This document shows positions 18,858 through 28,458 of a stretch of 64,000 nt of DNA, one piece after another. The position numbers and the translations under genes were made by a program. Source of the DNA: Candidatus Melainabacteria bacterium 17Bon1m (lineage in GTDB: Bacteria; Cyanobacteriota; Vampirovibrionia; Obscuribacterales; Obscuribacteraceae); assembly GCA_032128875.1 (NCBI GenBank), contig JAVLKG010000001.1, positions 640,001-704,000 of the forward strand, in the 5' to 3' direction. Within the stretch, counting starts at the first letter, position 1; each line of letters begins with the position of its first letter. The notes under the pieces were generated by a model. It saw only the letters and a list, made by a program, of their open reading frames with translations. It was not told the DNA's origin and did not search any database.

Positions 18858-19937
18858 GTGAGATTCCTGCTATATGTTTTGCTTGCAGTCTTCTTGAGCA
18901 ATCAGGTGGCATCTGCTGTCACCAGCAGCGATTCCAGAACACGCACCATCGACTTTCCCACTAAAGGTTTGGGAAAGTATTACATTGAAGATGCGAAGTC
19001 ACCTTTTCTTGCTCAATGGCCTGAACTTGCTGAAAGAAAATGGGCGAAAGGGCGTGTCACTGTTCCATACGATGCGATCGTCGGTGTCGAGACTTATTGG
19101 TGTACCGGAGATTGTCTTCCAGACTTGCGCTTGCTAAAGGCTGGCGACATACAGATTTTAGATGTTGACGGCTCTGTGCTTACACATGCCGGCTTGAAGC
19201 ACATCTGCAAGATGAATGGACTGAAGAAACTCGTTTTAGAAGGAACTGACGTAGACGATCGTGATGTGGATTTGGTCGCCCGGCGCATGCCCGCATTGCA
19301 GGAGTTGAAAATTGGATACACCCGCGTAACAAATAACGCCTTAGATGCCGTTGCAAAAATGCGGTCGCTAAGAAAACTCTCCCTACAGAGGAACAAAATC
19401 TCAAGTGCAGGCGTTGCGCGACTGGCTGACTCGGCAAGTTTGTCAGAGTTGTGCTTGAAAGAAACCAAGGTCGACGATGATGTATTTGCTGCGCTTACGA
19501 AGTGCAAAAGACTGACCGCCCTCAATCTCGCAAAGACTAAGATCTCTGACAAGGGGCTTTCCGCGCTCCTGTCTATGCGTTCACTGCGCAAACTTGATCT
19601 GAGTGAGAACAAAATTTCCGATACCTCAGTGTGCAACATATTGCCAAAGCTGGAGAATTTGGAAGAACTCAATTTGAGCGGAACGCAGGTGACGGACAAA
19701 GGAGTTATGTCTCTTGGAAAACTCAAGCATCTGCGCAGACTTTGGCTGCGAGATCTCGCCAGTGTCTCCGATGCATCTGTTCCAAGTTTGATTGTTCACT
19801 CAAAAATGCAAGACTTAGAACTACAAAAAACAAATATCAGCTCTAACGGAATACAAAAGCTAGCGAGCGCTTTGCCGAACTCGGAGGTTCATTCCCACGC
19901 CCTGTGCAAATGCCGCAAGCAAAGTCGCGTGAATTAG
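18858..19937 (+). CDS. Secreted leucine-rich repeat protein
   Basis: About ten ~24-aa LxxLxLxxTxVTDxG repeats; signal peptide. Confidence 0.88.
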   Translation: MRFLLYVLLAVFLSNQVASAVTSSDSRTRTIDFPTKGLGKYYIEDAKSPFLAQWPELAERKWAKGRVTVPYDAIVGVETYWCTGDCLPDLRLLKAGDIQILDVDGSVLTHAGLKHICKMNGLKKLVLEGTDVDDRDVDLVARRMPALQELKIGYTRVTNNALDAVAKMRSLRKLSLQRNKISSAGVARLADSASLSELCLKETKVDDDVFAALTKCKRLTALNLAKTKISDKGLSALLSMRSLRKLDLSENKISDTSVCNILPKLENLEELNLSGTQVTDKGVMSLGKLKHLRRLWLRDLASVSDASVPSLIVHSKMQDLELQKTNISSNGIQKLASALPNSEVHSHALCKCRKQSRVN

Positions 19938-20024
19938 GCACTGAATGCTATGACAACTGTTCGGGCTCTTACGCACAAGAGCTTAGTGATGGCGCGCTTT
20001 TTCAGTGTCTGATTTAATGCCTAT

Positions 20025-20732
20025 ATGGACACCTCCAGAGTAAAAACATGTGCTGATGCGAACAGGCTATCCCGGCTGTTGACCTTCGATCATGAATTGC
20101 TGCATGCTCCACGAAAGCGGACAACATCTGTATTGATTGGAACAGATGAGGTCGGCCGTGGCTGTTTGGCCGGACCCGTAGTCGCCGCAGCGGTGATCAT
20201 GCCGCCCATTGAAGATGGTTCGGAATTGGCGGCAAATCTCGCCGCGCTCAATGATTCAAAGCAAGTACCACCCAAGAAAAGGGCAGAACTAGCTATTTTA
20301 TTGATGGACGTTTGTAGATTTGCGATCGCGGAGGCTAGTGCGGCAGAAGTTGATAAGCTGAATGTTTTGTACGCAAGTCTTCTTGCTATGCGGCGCGCCG
20401 TTCGAAAGCTTAGGGTTATGGAGCCTGCTTTGATCGCTGTGGATGGAAACCAAAAAATCAAGTCACTTAGATGCGAGCAAGTTACCATCGTCGATGGCGA
20501 TACCTTTTCCGCCTCCGTTGCTGCCGCATCAATCATCGCGAAGGTATATCGCGACGACTTGATGGTCAGGCTCTCCAAAAAGCACCCCGCATATTGTTGG
20601 GAATCAAACAAAGGGTATCGCTCAAGGCACCACTGGGCCGCTATCCACGAACACGGAATGACGCGCAGTCACAGGCGCCGGTTTGTCGAGCGATGGCTTG
20701 ATACTGAAGCGTCAGACAACGACGAAGTTTGA
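20025..20732 (+). CDS. rnhB: Ribonuclease HII
   Basis: GTDEVGRGCLAGPVVAAAV, LNDSK, VDGN, AAASIIAKVYRD, NKGY. Confidence 0.95.
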   Translation: MDTSRVKTCADANRLSRLLTFDHELLHAPRKRTTSVLIGTDEVGRGCLAGPVVAAAVIMPPIEDGSELAANLAALNDSKQVPPKKRAELAILLMDVCRFAIAEASAAEVDKLNVLYASLLAMRRAVRKLRVMEPALIAVDGNQKIKSLRCEQVTIVDGDTFSASVAAASIIAKVYRDDLMVRLSKKHPAYCWESNKGYRSRHHWAAIHEHGMTRSHRRRFVERWLDTEASDNDEV

Positions 20733-20736
20733 TTGA

Positions 20737-22467
20737 TTACTTGAGCTGACACTTATTTGCATTGCTTTGAATGCAGAAGTGTTCGTTGAGCAGTGTCTGT
20801 GTTGGATCTGCAACGCTCTCTAAGCGCCATTCTCCACGTTGCGCAATCAATTTGTGAATGGGAGCTTTGGATACAAATTTCTGGAAGCTCTCCTGATAGA
20901 GCACCAGGTGTTCTCCAGGAAATGCCATCACCGCACCGTAGTCATAAAAGCTCTGAATGTTGGCTACTCGTTTTTTTGCATAAAAGGACGCGGAGGGATT
21001 ACTGCACCATATTTCACTTATCGACTCAGGGTTTCTACTTATAGCCAAATCCAGCAATGCCGCATAGTCACGTTGGTGATATTCGTAGAATTGTACGAAA
21101 AGGAAAGGAACGAGAACTGCGCTTAGTACGGCACACGACAAAATGAGAAAGTGCGTAGCCTCTTTGACGAATTTTTGTCGCCAGATTGAAAAAGCAAAGA
21201 TGCCCAAAACTGTGGCGTATGCGCCGAAAATTAGATAGATCGAAGTTGTCTTTGCGACCGTATCTGCGTGCAGCGCGTCAAAAAGTTTTGGTATCGCTGC
21301 TAGTGACACGATCATAGCGAGCAGTCCGCCATTCAAAAGGAATTTTGGCTTCTTCAATCGAAGTGCTGTGTTGAAAGCCGCAGCCACTAGTATTGCTGCA
21401 GCTGGATACAGCGGGAGCATGTACGTGGGCAGTTTGCCTTTCAGTACTGAGAATCCAGAGAATACGGTTATACAAATGGATGCGCAAAACAACAGCAGTT
21501 GGTAGCGTTTAGTTTGAACTGTTCGCTTCGCCCACCATTTCTTTAACAGTGGAATCATGAACGCAAAGAAAGCAGACCATGGAAAGGTTGTTATGGCAAT
21601 TATTGGAATATAAAACCAAAATGGCTGTGCATGATTGTTGGCAATCGTGCCGGCAGCGCGCTGAAAGTTTTGCACGATAAAAAAGTCTTTTAAATACGCG
21701 CCGTGCGTTGCAATTCCTACTGCTACGTACCAAGGGACTGCAATAGCCGCAGCAATAAGGAGGCCAGGAACTGACCTAAAGAGTACGAGCTTTTTAAATG
21801 TTTCCGCTGGCTGAAACTGTTTCTCGCTTGCAAGAAAGTAGATCAAAAATGCTCCCAGCGTAATCAGGAATGCTATTGGTCCTTTGGTTAAGAGCGCTAT
21901 TCCTAGCGCAATCCAACCCAATAGTTGGAACTTCTTTGATTGCTCTTTCCAGCCAATAAAAAACGAGAACAAACTCAGATTCAGAAAAAGAGCCAGCGGC
22001 ATATCGGTAAGCGAAACTCTGGCTAATATCGAGAAAAGGTAGCTGGACACTAAAATAAGGCCAGCGAACCAGGCTGTACGTGAGTTTGCATAACGTCGCG
22101 CAAATGCAAATGTCGCTACGCACAACGCCGATGCACAGAGCGCCGACGGCAGACGGGAAGCAAATTCCGAGACACCCAAGACGGCATAGCTGGCTGCAAT
22201 TAGCCAGTGCGTGAGGATTGGCTTGTCGTTGTAAGGTGCGTAGTTTAAGGTCGGAACAATGAAGTTATTGCTTTCAAGCAATTCTCGCGCCGACTCAGCA
22301 AAGAATCCGTCGCTCGGATCAATGATGCGCGTGATTCCCAACGTCGGAAGCAAACTCAAAAGGGCAATGGCAAACAGAAGCAACGCGAGGGTTTTATCGC
22401 TTAGCTTCAATTTCACCGCCTGCAATTGAGCAGACTTTGTATTTGAAGGCACAGAAAGTTCGAGCAT
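20737..22467 (-). CDS. ArnT/GT83-like (PMT_2) membrane glycosyltransferase
   Basis: AESARE, PTLNYAPYNDKP, RLPSA, LTKGP, PFWFY, KLPTYMLP; polytopic membrane protein. Start taken at MLELSV. Confidence 0.88.
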   Translation of the reverse strand: MLELSVPSNTKSAQLQAVKLKLSDKTLALLLFAIALLSLLPTLGITRIIDPSDGFFAESARELLESNNFIVPTLNYAPYNDKPILTHWLIAASYAVLGVSEFASRLPSALCASALCVATFAFARRYANSRTAWFAGLILVSSYLFSILARVSLTDMPLALFLNLSLFSFFIGWKEQSKKFQLLGWIALGIALLTKGPIAFLITLGAFLIYFLASEKQFQPAETFKKLVLFRSVPGLLIAAAIAVPWYVAVGIATHGAYLKDFFIVQNFQRAAGTIANNHAQPFWFYIPIIAITTFPWSAFFAFMIPLLKKWWAKRTVQTKRYQLLLFCASICITVFSGFSVLKGKLPTYMLPLYPAAAILVAAAFNTALRLKKPKFLLNGGLLAMIVSLAAIPKLFDALHADTVAKTTSIYLIFGAYATVLGIFAFSIWRQKFVKEATHFLILSCAVLSAVLVPFLFVQFYEYHQRDYAALLDLAISRNPESISEIWCSNPSASFYAKKRVANIQSFYDYGAVMAFPGEHLVLYQESFQKFVSKAPIHKLIAQRGEWRLESVADPTQTLLNEHFCIQSNANKCQLK

Positions 22468-22613
22468 ATGGCCGCGCTTTTTCGGCAATCCGATTAGAGA
22501 TTGCCGGGTTCTTGTACGTAAGTATTGGCACCAAGCAAGATTACTCACTAATGCGTGCGTTGAAATTGCAGTGCGTTAATGAATCCTATTGGATACGCGA
22601 TGATGAAGAACAA

Positions 22614-23261
22614 TTAGTTCAGTTTTTGTCTTTTTACTCGCGCCCAGTGAAGAACACTTCCGCGTACATTCGTCTCTGTCTGTGAGTTTCCGTAGCCGTA
22701 GCCGGCACCAGAAGCACCACTACTAGCTGGGCCTCCGGCAGTGTAATTCGGCACGCCGTGGCCTCCACCTTTGACCATTTGTGGTGGCGCTCCATATCCC
22801 TTGTATGGAGTGTAGGTTTTTACAGACGGTGCTCCACCCGATGCGGTTTTGGGCTTGCTTGTTGAAGCTTTTGAAGACTTGAGTTTGCCTGCCTTTCCTC
22901 TCATGCCCGTCGGATCGGGAGGTAAGGCGGCCGGTTGTGGCACCCCATTTGCTGTTTTGGGCAGATTGGTGCTCAAGCCTGGAACGAACTGTGAATACGG
23001 TGTCCATCCTGCTTTTGGCAGGGCGCGGCCCAGACCTGGTGCCGCACCTGGTCCAGCTCCAGCGCCAGCTTGTGGGTTTGTGCGCTGGTCGTTGACCGCG
23101 GGGGCGTCGTCGGTGATGGTAATTTGTCGGCGTGCCATATAGAAGTGACCCATGTTCGGATTATCAGTTGCATAACCCTGAGCCTGGGCGCCTTGCCACG
23201 CGCCGATCGTGGCCGTAAGGGCCAGGAATGCCGACGCTGATGTCAGGGCAGGTAGTTTCAT
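22614..23261 (-). CDS. Secreted Gly/Pro-rich hypothetical protein
   Basis: Signal peptide ending AQA; GGAG RBS. Confidence 0.7.
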   Translation of the reverse strand: MKLPALTSASAFLALTATIGAWQGAQAQGYATDNPNMGHFYMARRQITITDDAPAVNDQRTNPQAGAGAGPGAAPGLGRALPKAGWTPYSQFVPGLSTNLPKTANGVPQPAALPPDPTGMRGKAGKLKSSKASTSKPKTASGGAPSVKTYTPYKGYGAPPQMVKGGGHGVPNYTAGGPASSGASGAGYGYGNSQTETNVRGSVLHWARVKRQKLN

Positions 23262-23566
23262 CAAAAGTCTCCAGGAATGTCAGCCGGTAAGCTCCCCGGC
23301 GGTCTTAGTTCAGTTTAATGCGGTTCAAACATTGATGTCAAGGAATTTGAATGTTCGCACAACCCGCACCTGCTTTTGGTTTGGGTTTGCCCCTCCTGCA
23401 TTTTAGACAATCAGCCTGGAAAATGCTTACCGGTGCTGCCAAACTTGAGCTCTACGAAAGCTAATTGAAGTCTTTTCTTGTATTAGAGGCACTTCGGGAT
23501 TGGATGCCAAGAAAGTGTTAGACTCAAACGCTTAATCGAAGTACTGGCGGGAGTTTTTGGCTAGAG

Positions 23567-24427
23567 ATGCTTAGTTCATTGACTCAGAAAGAAATGAAAG
23601 AAACCGATGGCAGGAGAATTCTTGGAATTATTGCCGGGGATGGCAAACTGCCGGCTATGCTTGCGCAGTCAGCTAAGGAGAAAGGCTACAAGGTTGTTTC
23701 GCTAGCTCTCACAGAGGATGCTCTGGCTCGAATGCAGCCTCTCTGTGACGCTATCATGCATTCCCCACCGGGTTTGCTCGGACGCAACATCAGCTATCTA
23801 AAGAGTCAGGGCGTTCAAGATGTCGTGTTCATCGGAAAATTGAACAAAGTTCAATTGCTTCGAAACATATTGAAGATTGATTTGACCGCGATAAAAGAGA
23901 TGAGCAAGCTGGCCAATCTCAATGATGGCAGCATACAAACCGCAGTAGGCGGTTTTATGGAAAGCCATGGAATGCGGGTGGTAACACAATCCGAATTTTT
24001 GCCGCAACTATTTCCGTCAGTTGGCGTCATGACTAAGAAGCAGCCAACTGCGGCAGAGTACGTTGATATTGAGTATGGATACAAGATTGCTAAAGAACTC
24101 GCTCGCATGGAAATCGGTCAGACAGTGGTGGTTCGAGATCGCATGATTATTGCGATTGAGGCTATTGAGGGTACTGATGAGGCCATTAGGCGAGGCGTGC
24201 AGTTGGCTGATGGTCCGGTAATTGTGGTTAAGGTCGCACGTCCTGTGCAGGACCAGCGATTCGACATTCCAGCTGCCGGTCTGCGCACACTGAACGCGAT
24301 GCTCGCCAAAAAGCCAGGCGGCGTCCTTGCTGTAGCAGCAGGAGAAGTGATGATGGTTGAGCAAGAAGAGATGATCCGCTTTGCCGATGAACATCAGATT
24401 GCCATCGTTGCCGTGAGCGGAGATTGA
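23567..24427 (+). CDS. lpxI: UDP-2,3-diacylglucosamine diphosphatase LpxI
   Basis: LGIIAGDGKLP, EIGQTVVV, AIEAIEGTD, QDQRFDIP. Confidence 0.9.
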   Translation: MLSSLTQKEMKETDGRRILGIIAGDGKLPAMLAQSAKEKGYKVVSLALTEDALARMQPLCDAIMHSPPGLLGRNISYLKSQGVQDVVFIGKLNKVQLLRNILKIDLTAIKEMSKLANLNDGSIQTAVGGFMESHGMRVVTQSEFLPQLFPSVGVMTKKQPTAAEYVDIEYGYKIAKELARMEIGQTVVVRDRMIIAIEAIEGTDEAIRRGVQLADGPVIVVKVARPVQDQRFDIPAAGLRTLNAMLAKKPGGVLAVAAGEVMMVEQEEMIRFADEHQIAIVAVSGD

Positions 24428-24623
24428 AGTAATTATCGGCACGACACGCTAGTCCTGAGTCAGATTGCGAAGTCGACGAGGTTGCGGAGCTGGCGAAGAC
24501 ACTAGGGAAAACCCTGAAAATCTCCGGTCAATTTGGTCGTGTGTATTCATTAGAGCCGGTGCAATAATAATGCCAAGCCTGTTTCCAGTTTTGAGTTCGA
24601 TTCCTGTTGGAGGAAACTTCTAA

Positions 24624-26018
24624 GTGTTTGATCCTCTTGTCACTCCAAAGCGCCTTCATTCAGTAGTTGTCGCAGCTCTAATTGCTGGCACCATCTTGGT
24701 CGGACCTGCGCATGCGCAAGACGCTAAAGGCGTAAAGGTTACTAAATCTGTTTCGCAAACAACCACAGAAGTAGCGCAGCAATCTGCTGAATTAAAACAT
24801 GAACCTGCTGACGTCAAAGAGCGATCTGCTGAAGTTAAAGAGCGATCTGCTGAAGCTAAAGAGCGATCTGCCGCTGATCTGAAAACAACAGACGCTGCAA
24901 AACCAGCAGCAAGAGCTGTTCTAGACGACCCTGCGCTGATTAAGACTGAGCAGGCTGAGTTGGGTGAGAAAGCTATTTATAAAGACGGTAAGCTTTTGCG
25001 CGAAGCTGACGTTGCTGCTCAGCAACTGGCTCAGGCTCAAGCTCTCGACCATTTCGATCTTTCCAAATTTTATTTTGGTCAGTTCGATTTTAAGATGTGC
25101 GAATTAGAGTTGGAAGCGGCAATTATGTACATGCCTGCCATGAAAGTCGCTCACAGAGACTATTGTGTTGTTTCGCTTCTTACCGGTCATCCGCTTCGCT
25201 CCCTTGCCGAACTGATGATGGTGATTGGTGTAGGTGAGCCGGTGCCGCTTACCGATGCGGAAAAGGTAGAGTTGAAGGCGCGTGGCGCAAAACTGCACTA
25301 TCGCAAAGCGCTCGAGTACGGAAAGAAAGATAAGTGGGATAACGCCATAGCAGAGCTGCAGTGGGCATTGGATTTCACTCCTACAAATACTGCAATCAAA
25401 CGTTCGCTTGCTTTTGCACTGGCCAGCAAAGGCGAGTTCGATATGGCTGAAGAAACCTACAAAGAAAGCCTTGCAGCAGAACCGGATGATCCGTACGCGC
25501 ATGCAGATTTTGCATATCTGCTCTCAGACAAAGGGGATCAAAGCAAGGCATTCAGCCAGTTGGCTCAGGCTGTAAAACTCGCACCGCAAGCGGCGGCTCT
25601 GCACGTCGATCTTGCTTGGATGGCTGAAACAAAGGGCGATTTCAAGCTTGCGTCCGACGAACTTGAAAAAGCGATCAAGATCAGCCCGGCGCATGCCGGA
25701 CTGTGGGCGCATCTTGGACGTGTAGACGAAAGAAAGGGTGACGTCGATGGCGCGATCGCTGCTTACAATCGCGCTCTAAATGTTGATCCCGGTCAGTTTG
25801 AAGCAAAACGCAGGTTGGAAGTAATCAAGGCTGAGGAGGCGAAAAGCAAGTCTGCTACGCCGGAAGGGGAAGGTGCTAATCCGACCGCCGAACCCGGTGG
25901 TGAGCAAGCGCCGCGTGGTAATGGGCAGTCCACGGACAAATCCAAGGAACCACTCAAGGGTGGATCACCATCTGCGAATGTGCGAACCAGTCAAAAGCTC
26001 AATCACAGAAGCATCTAA
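24624..26018 (+). CDS. Secreted TPR protein
   Basis: Signal peptide, about six TPRs, low-complexity termini. Confidence 0.85.
   Translation: MFDPLVTPKRLHSVVVAALIAGTILVGPAHAQDAKGVKVTKSVSQTTTEVAQQSAELKHEPADVKERSAEVKERSAEAKERSAADLKTTDAAKPAARAVLDDPALIKTEQAELGEKAIYKDGKLLREADVAAQQLAQAQALDHFDLSKFYFGQFDFKMCELELEAAIMYMPAMKVAHRDYCVVSLLTGHPLRSLAELMMVIGVGEPVPLTDAEKVELKARGAKLHYRKALEYGKKDKWDNAIAELQWALDFTPTNTAIKRSLAFALASKGEFDMAEETYKESLAAEPDDPYAHADFAYLLSDKGDQSKAFSQLAQAVKLAPQAAALHVDLAWMAETKGDFKLASDELEKAIKISPAHAGLWAHLGRVDERKGDVDGAIAAYNRALNVDPGQFEAKRRLEVIKAEEAKSKSATPEGEGANPTAEPGGEQAPRGNGQSTDKSKEPLKGGSPSANVRTSQKLNHRSI
24790..24872 (+). repeat. 21-bp in-frame tandem repeat (xKERSAE)
   Basis: AAAGAGCGATCTGC occurs three times at 21-nt spacing, with a degenerate upstream copy. 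Confidence 0.8.
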
Positions 26019-26495
26019 GCCGTTCGAAGTATCGAAGCCGATTAAAAGTATCGAAGCCGCTCAAACCTCACATACGTGCAAAAACTCCCCGACGTGCAAA
26101 AACCTCCCAAAGCCACACGCACTGGGCAAACTCGTTTGGTTGTTATCAAATTGTGCCAGCAGCAATAGCCGCCCTAAATGCGCGCGGCGATCTTCCACGG
26201 CGCGAGGCCCTAGGCAACTCGCGCACAGGCAGGGTGTCCACCGCATTAGCACTATCTGGCTATCTCTGGGCAGATCAACACCGCGACCTGTATATTTATT
26301 ATACATACATTTGTATGTGGGTCAAGTTTAAAAGTGAGTTCCAGACTTTTCGATGCTTGAGCGCAAGAGTGTCAGCCTGTTTGCCTTAGGAGCTTTACGT
26401 ACTTTCCCCAATGACTTCTCTTCTTCTTTAACATAAGCTCAGAGACCTAAGGCTTCATCAGATCCTAAAGCGAAGAGCTTGAGTCGGGAGATTGA

Positions 26496-27746
26496 GTGAC
26501 AGATCAGCCGTCACGTTTTGATAATCAATTGGACGTCGTGGGAAGAACGATGGCCCAGGCTCCAAGCGCGATCATGGAAGAAGTGCTCAACGACATTTCG
26601 CAAAGACCCGGTCAGGTCATGCAAAATTCGATGATTGCGGGTGCAATCGGTTATGGCGGTACAATCCTGATGCGTCGCGCTCCCGTTGTCGGCGCTCTGG
26701 TTGCCGGAACAGCGCTCCTGGCGGAAGGCTTGCGCATTACTCCGAAAGTGTCCAACTTTCTGGATGAGGCAGGCGATGCGGACACAAGAGAAAAACGTGT
26801 CGCACTATCAAGACAAGGCGCGCAAGGCATAGGTCGCGAAGGCGCGATGTTTGTCGAAACCCTCCCAGCCGCAGGTATTGGCAGTAAACTCGCCTTTTCT
26901 ACCTTGGAAAAATCAGCATTCTCACAGAGTCTCAGCACCGCTTTTGCCGAGAAGATTGAATTTCCTGTTCGTCGTTCTCTCCCGGATGATCTGTTTTTCA
27001 AGGGGCCTGGTACAAAGATCAAAGCCAACCTCATGGTTGATGCCAACACCGTGGATGCGCTTGGTGCCAGCCGTTTGATGCCGTCGCAAAAACCTTTTAC
27101 AGTCGAGTATGGTCGCGTAGTCGACCCCTTGCGTGGCAGAGCGAGCCACATCATGTCAGGTACGAGCGAAGGCGTTGAGATTGGCGTTGCTCAACAGGCA
27201 AAACAGATCCAAATCCACACACACAACCCGCATGTAGATGCGCCAGGCATGATGTCGGTCCCTGATTTGCGCATGACCCCTAAAGATGCGCTCGCCGTCA
27301 TTAATGCGGGGGAGAATCAGACGTTCTACATGGGCATTGGAAAAGCGCCAGTTGCGGCTGGAAGCGACGTTCAGGTGAGAGCCCTGGTGATGGATCACAA
27401 GGCAAAAGAAGCGTTTCTACACGATTACATGGCAATGGCTGATCGCAAAACCTTCGGATTATCAGGACTCAAAGATCCTGTAAAACTCGATTACGATGCG
27501 GCTCTACAATCGCTGCAAAGAGTTGATATCAATAATCCTTGGAATTCGCTCTCTAGTATCGCGCGTTACGAAAGACCCGGTGTGTCGAATCTCGCTCAAT
27601 CACTCGGTCTCAATCGAGTCGACAACTCTTTGTCTGCAAGAATCTCTTCAAGGCTGGGTATCGGTGACGGTCTTCCAACCTTTGTTAGATCAACAATAAC
27701 TGCAGCAAATCCGCTGTTTCAGATTGATCGAAGTACTAAGAGTTAA
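26496..27746 (+). CDS. Hypothetical protein with Gly-rich hydrophobic hairpin and JAB/JAMM-like motif
   Basis: 416-aa ORF; VEYG...IHTHNP...SVPD; GGGAG RBS. Confidence 0.65.
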   Translation: MTDQPSRFDNQLDVVGRTMAQAPSAIMEEVLNDISQRPGQVMQNSMIAGAIGYGGTILMRRAPVVGALVAGTALLAEGLRITPKVSNFLDEAGDADTREKRVALSRQGAQGIGREGAMFVETLPAAGIGSKLAFSTLEKSAFSQSLSTAFAEKIEFPVRRSLPDDLFFKGPGTKIKANLMVDANTVDALGASRLMPSQKPFTVEYGRVVDPLRGRASHIMSGTSEGVEIGVAQQAKQIQIHTHNPHVDAPGMMSVPDLRMTPKDALAVINAGENQTFYMGIGKAPVAAGSDVQVRALVMDHKAKEAFLHDYMAMADRKTFGLSGLKDPVKLDYDAALQSLQRVDINNPWNSLSSIARYERPGVSNLAQSLGLNRVDNSLSARISSRLGIGDGLPTFVRSTITAANPLFQIDRSTKS

Positions 27747-27983
27747 CAGTCGCTATATCCGATCGGGTTGCAGTGGATATGTCGGAAAGCGTGATTCTGC
27801 GCCGCTTTTCCCTTGATAGTCCGCAAACGCCCGCTGGAAAGGCTGATCGCGGCGTGATTTGAAACTTAGCAATTACTAGAACATTAAATGGAATCCAGGT
27901 ACACTCTAATACCGGGCTCGTGCGCGCGCATTTTGTAAAAAATCCCCACGAGTTGTTGATTGCATATACGGGAGCAAGCAGCC

Positions 27984-28415
27984 GTGAAGGTTTCCGACTC
28001 GCTGAAGTCGCATACTAAGTATTTGTGGTTCGATACCAAGAAGCGACAAGAATTTATACGAATTACTGATGAAGTTGCCGAATTCCTTACAGAGAGCGGA
28101 CTTCGGGAAGGCTTTATTCTTGTCTCAGCCATGCACATCACGGCTGGTGTATATATAAATGATTGGGAGCAGGGACTGATTCACGACATCGGCGAATGGC
28201 TTGAAAAGCTGGCGCCGGTCAATCCTGATTACAGGCATCACCAGACTGGCGAGGACAACGGAGATGCGCATTTAAAGCGAATCTTGATCAATCACCAGGT
28301 AATGGTTCCGGTGACCGAAGGTAAGCTCGACCTCGGACCGTGGGAGCAAATCTTCTACGCAGAGTTCGATGGACAGCGCAGAAAGAGAGTAATACTCAAA
28401 GCTATTGGGATTTGA
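27984..28415 (+). CDS. yjbQ: YjbQ/UPF0047 family protein
   Basis: [37 protein letters not shown]. Confidence 0.92.
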   Translation: MKVSDSLKSHTKYLWFDTKKRQEFIRITDEVAEFLTESGLREGFILVSAMHITAGVYINDWEQGLIHDIGEWLEKLAPVNPDYRHHQTGEDNGDAHLKRILINHQVMVPVTEGKLDLGPWEQIFYAEFDGQRRKRVILKAIGI

Positions 28416-28458
28416 CGATTAATTAGTAAAGCGTACAGCAGGCGAAAGTGAGGGACAG

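Noticed and set aside
24790-24872. CRISPR-like repeats (also 37770-37870 and 58300-58410)
   Set aside because: In-frame tandem coding repeats with no unique spacers; no cas genes.
26120-26200. c-di-GMP-I riboswitch (GGGCAAAC)
   Set aside because: No GNRA-capped P2 stem or GCAAAG junction; far from the start codon.
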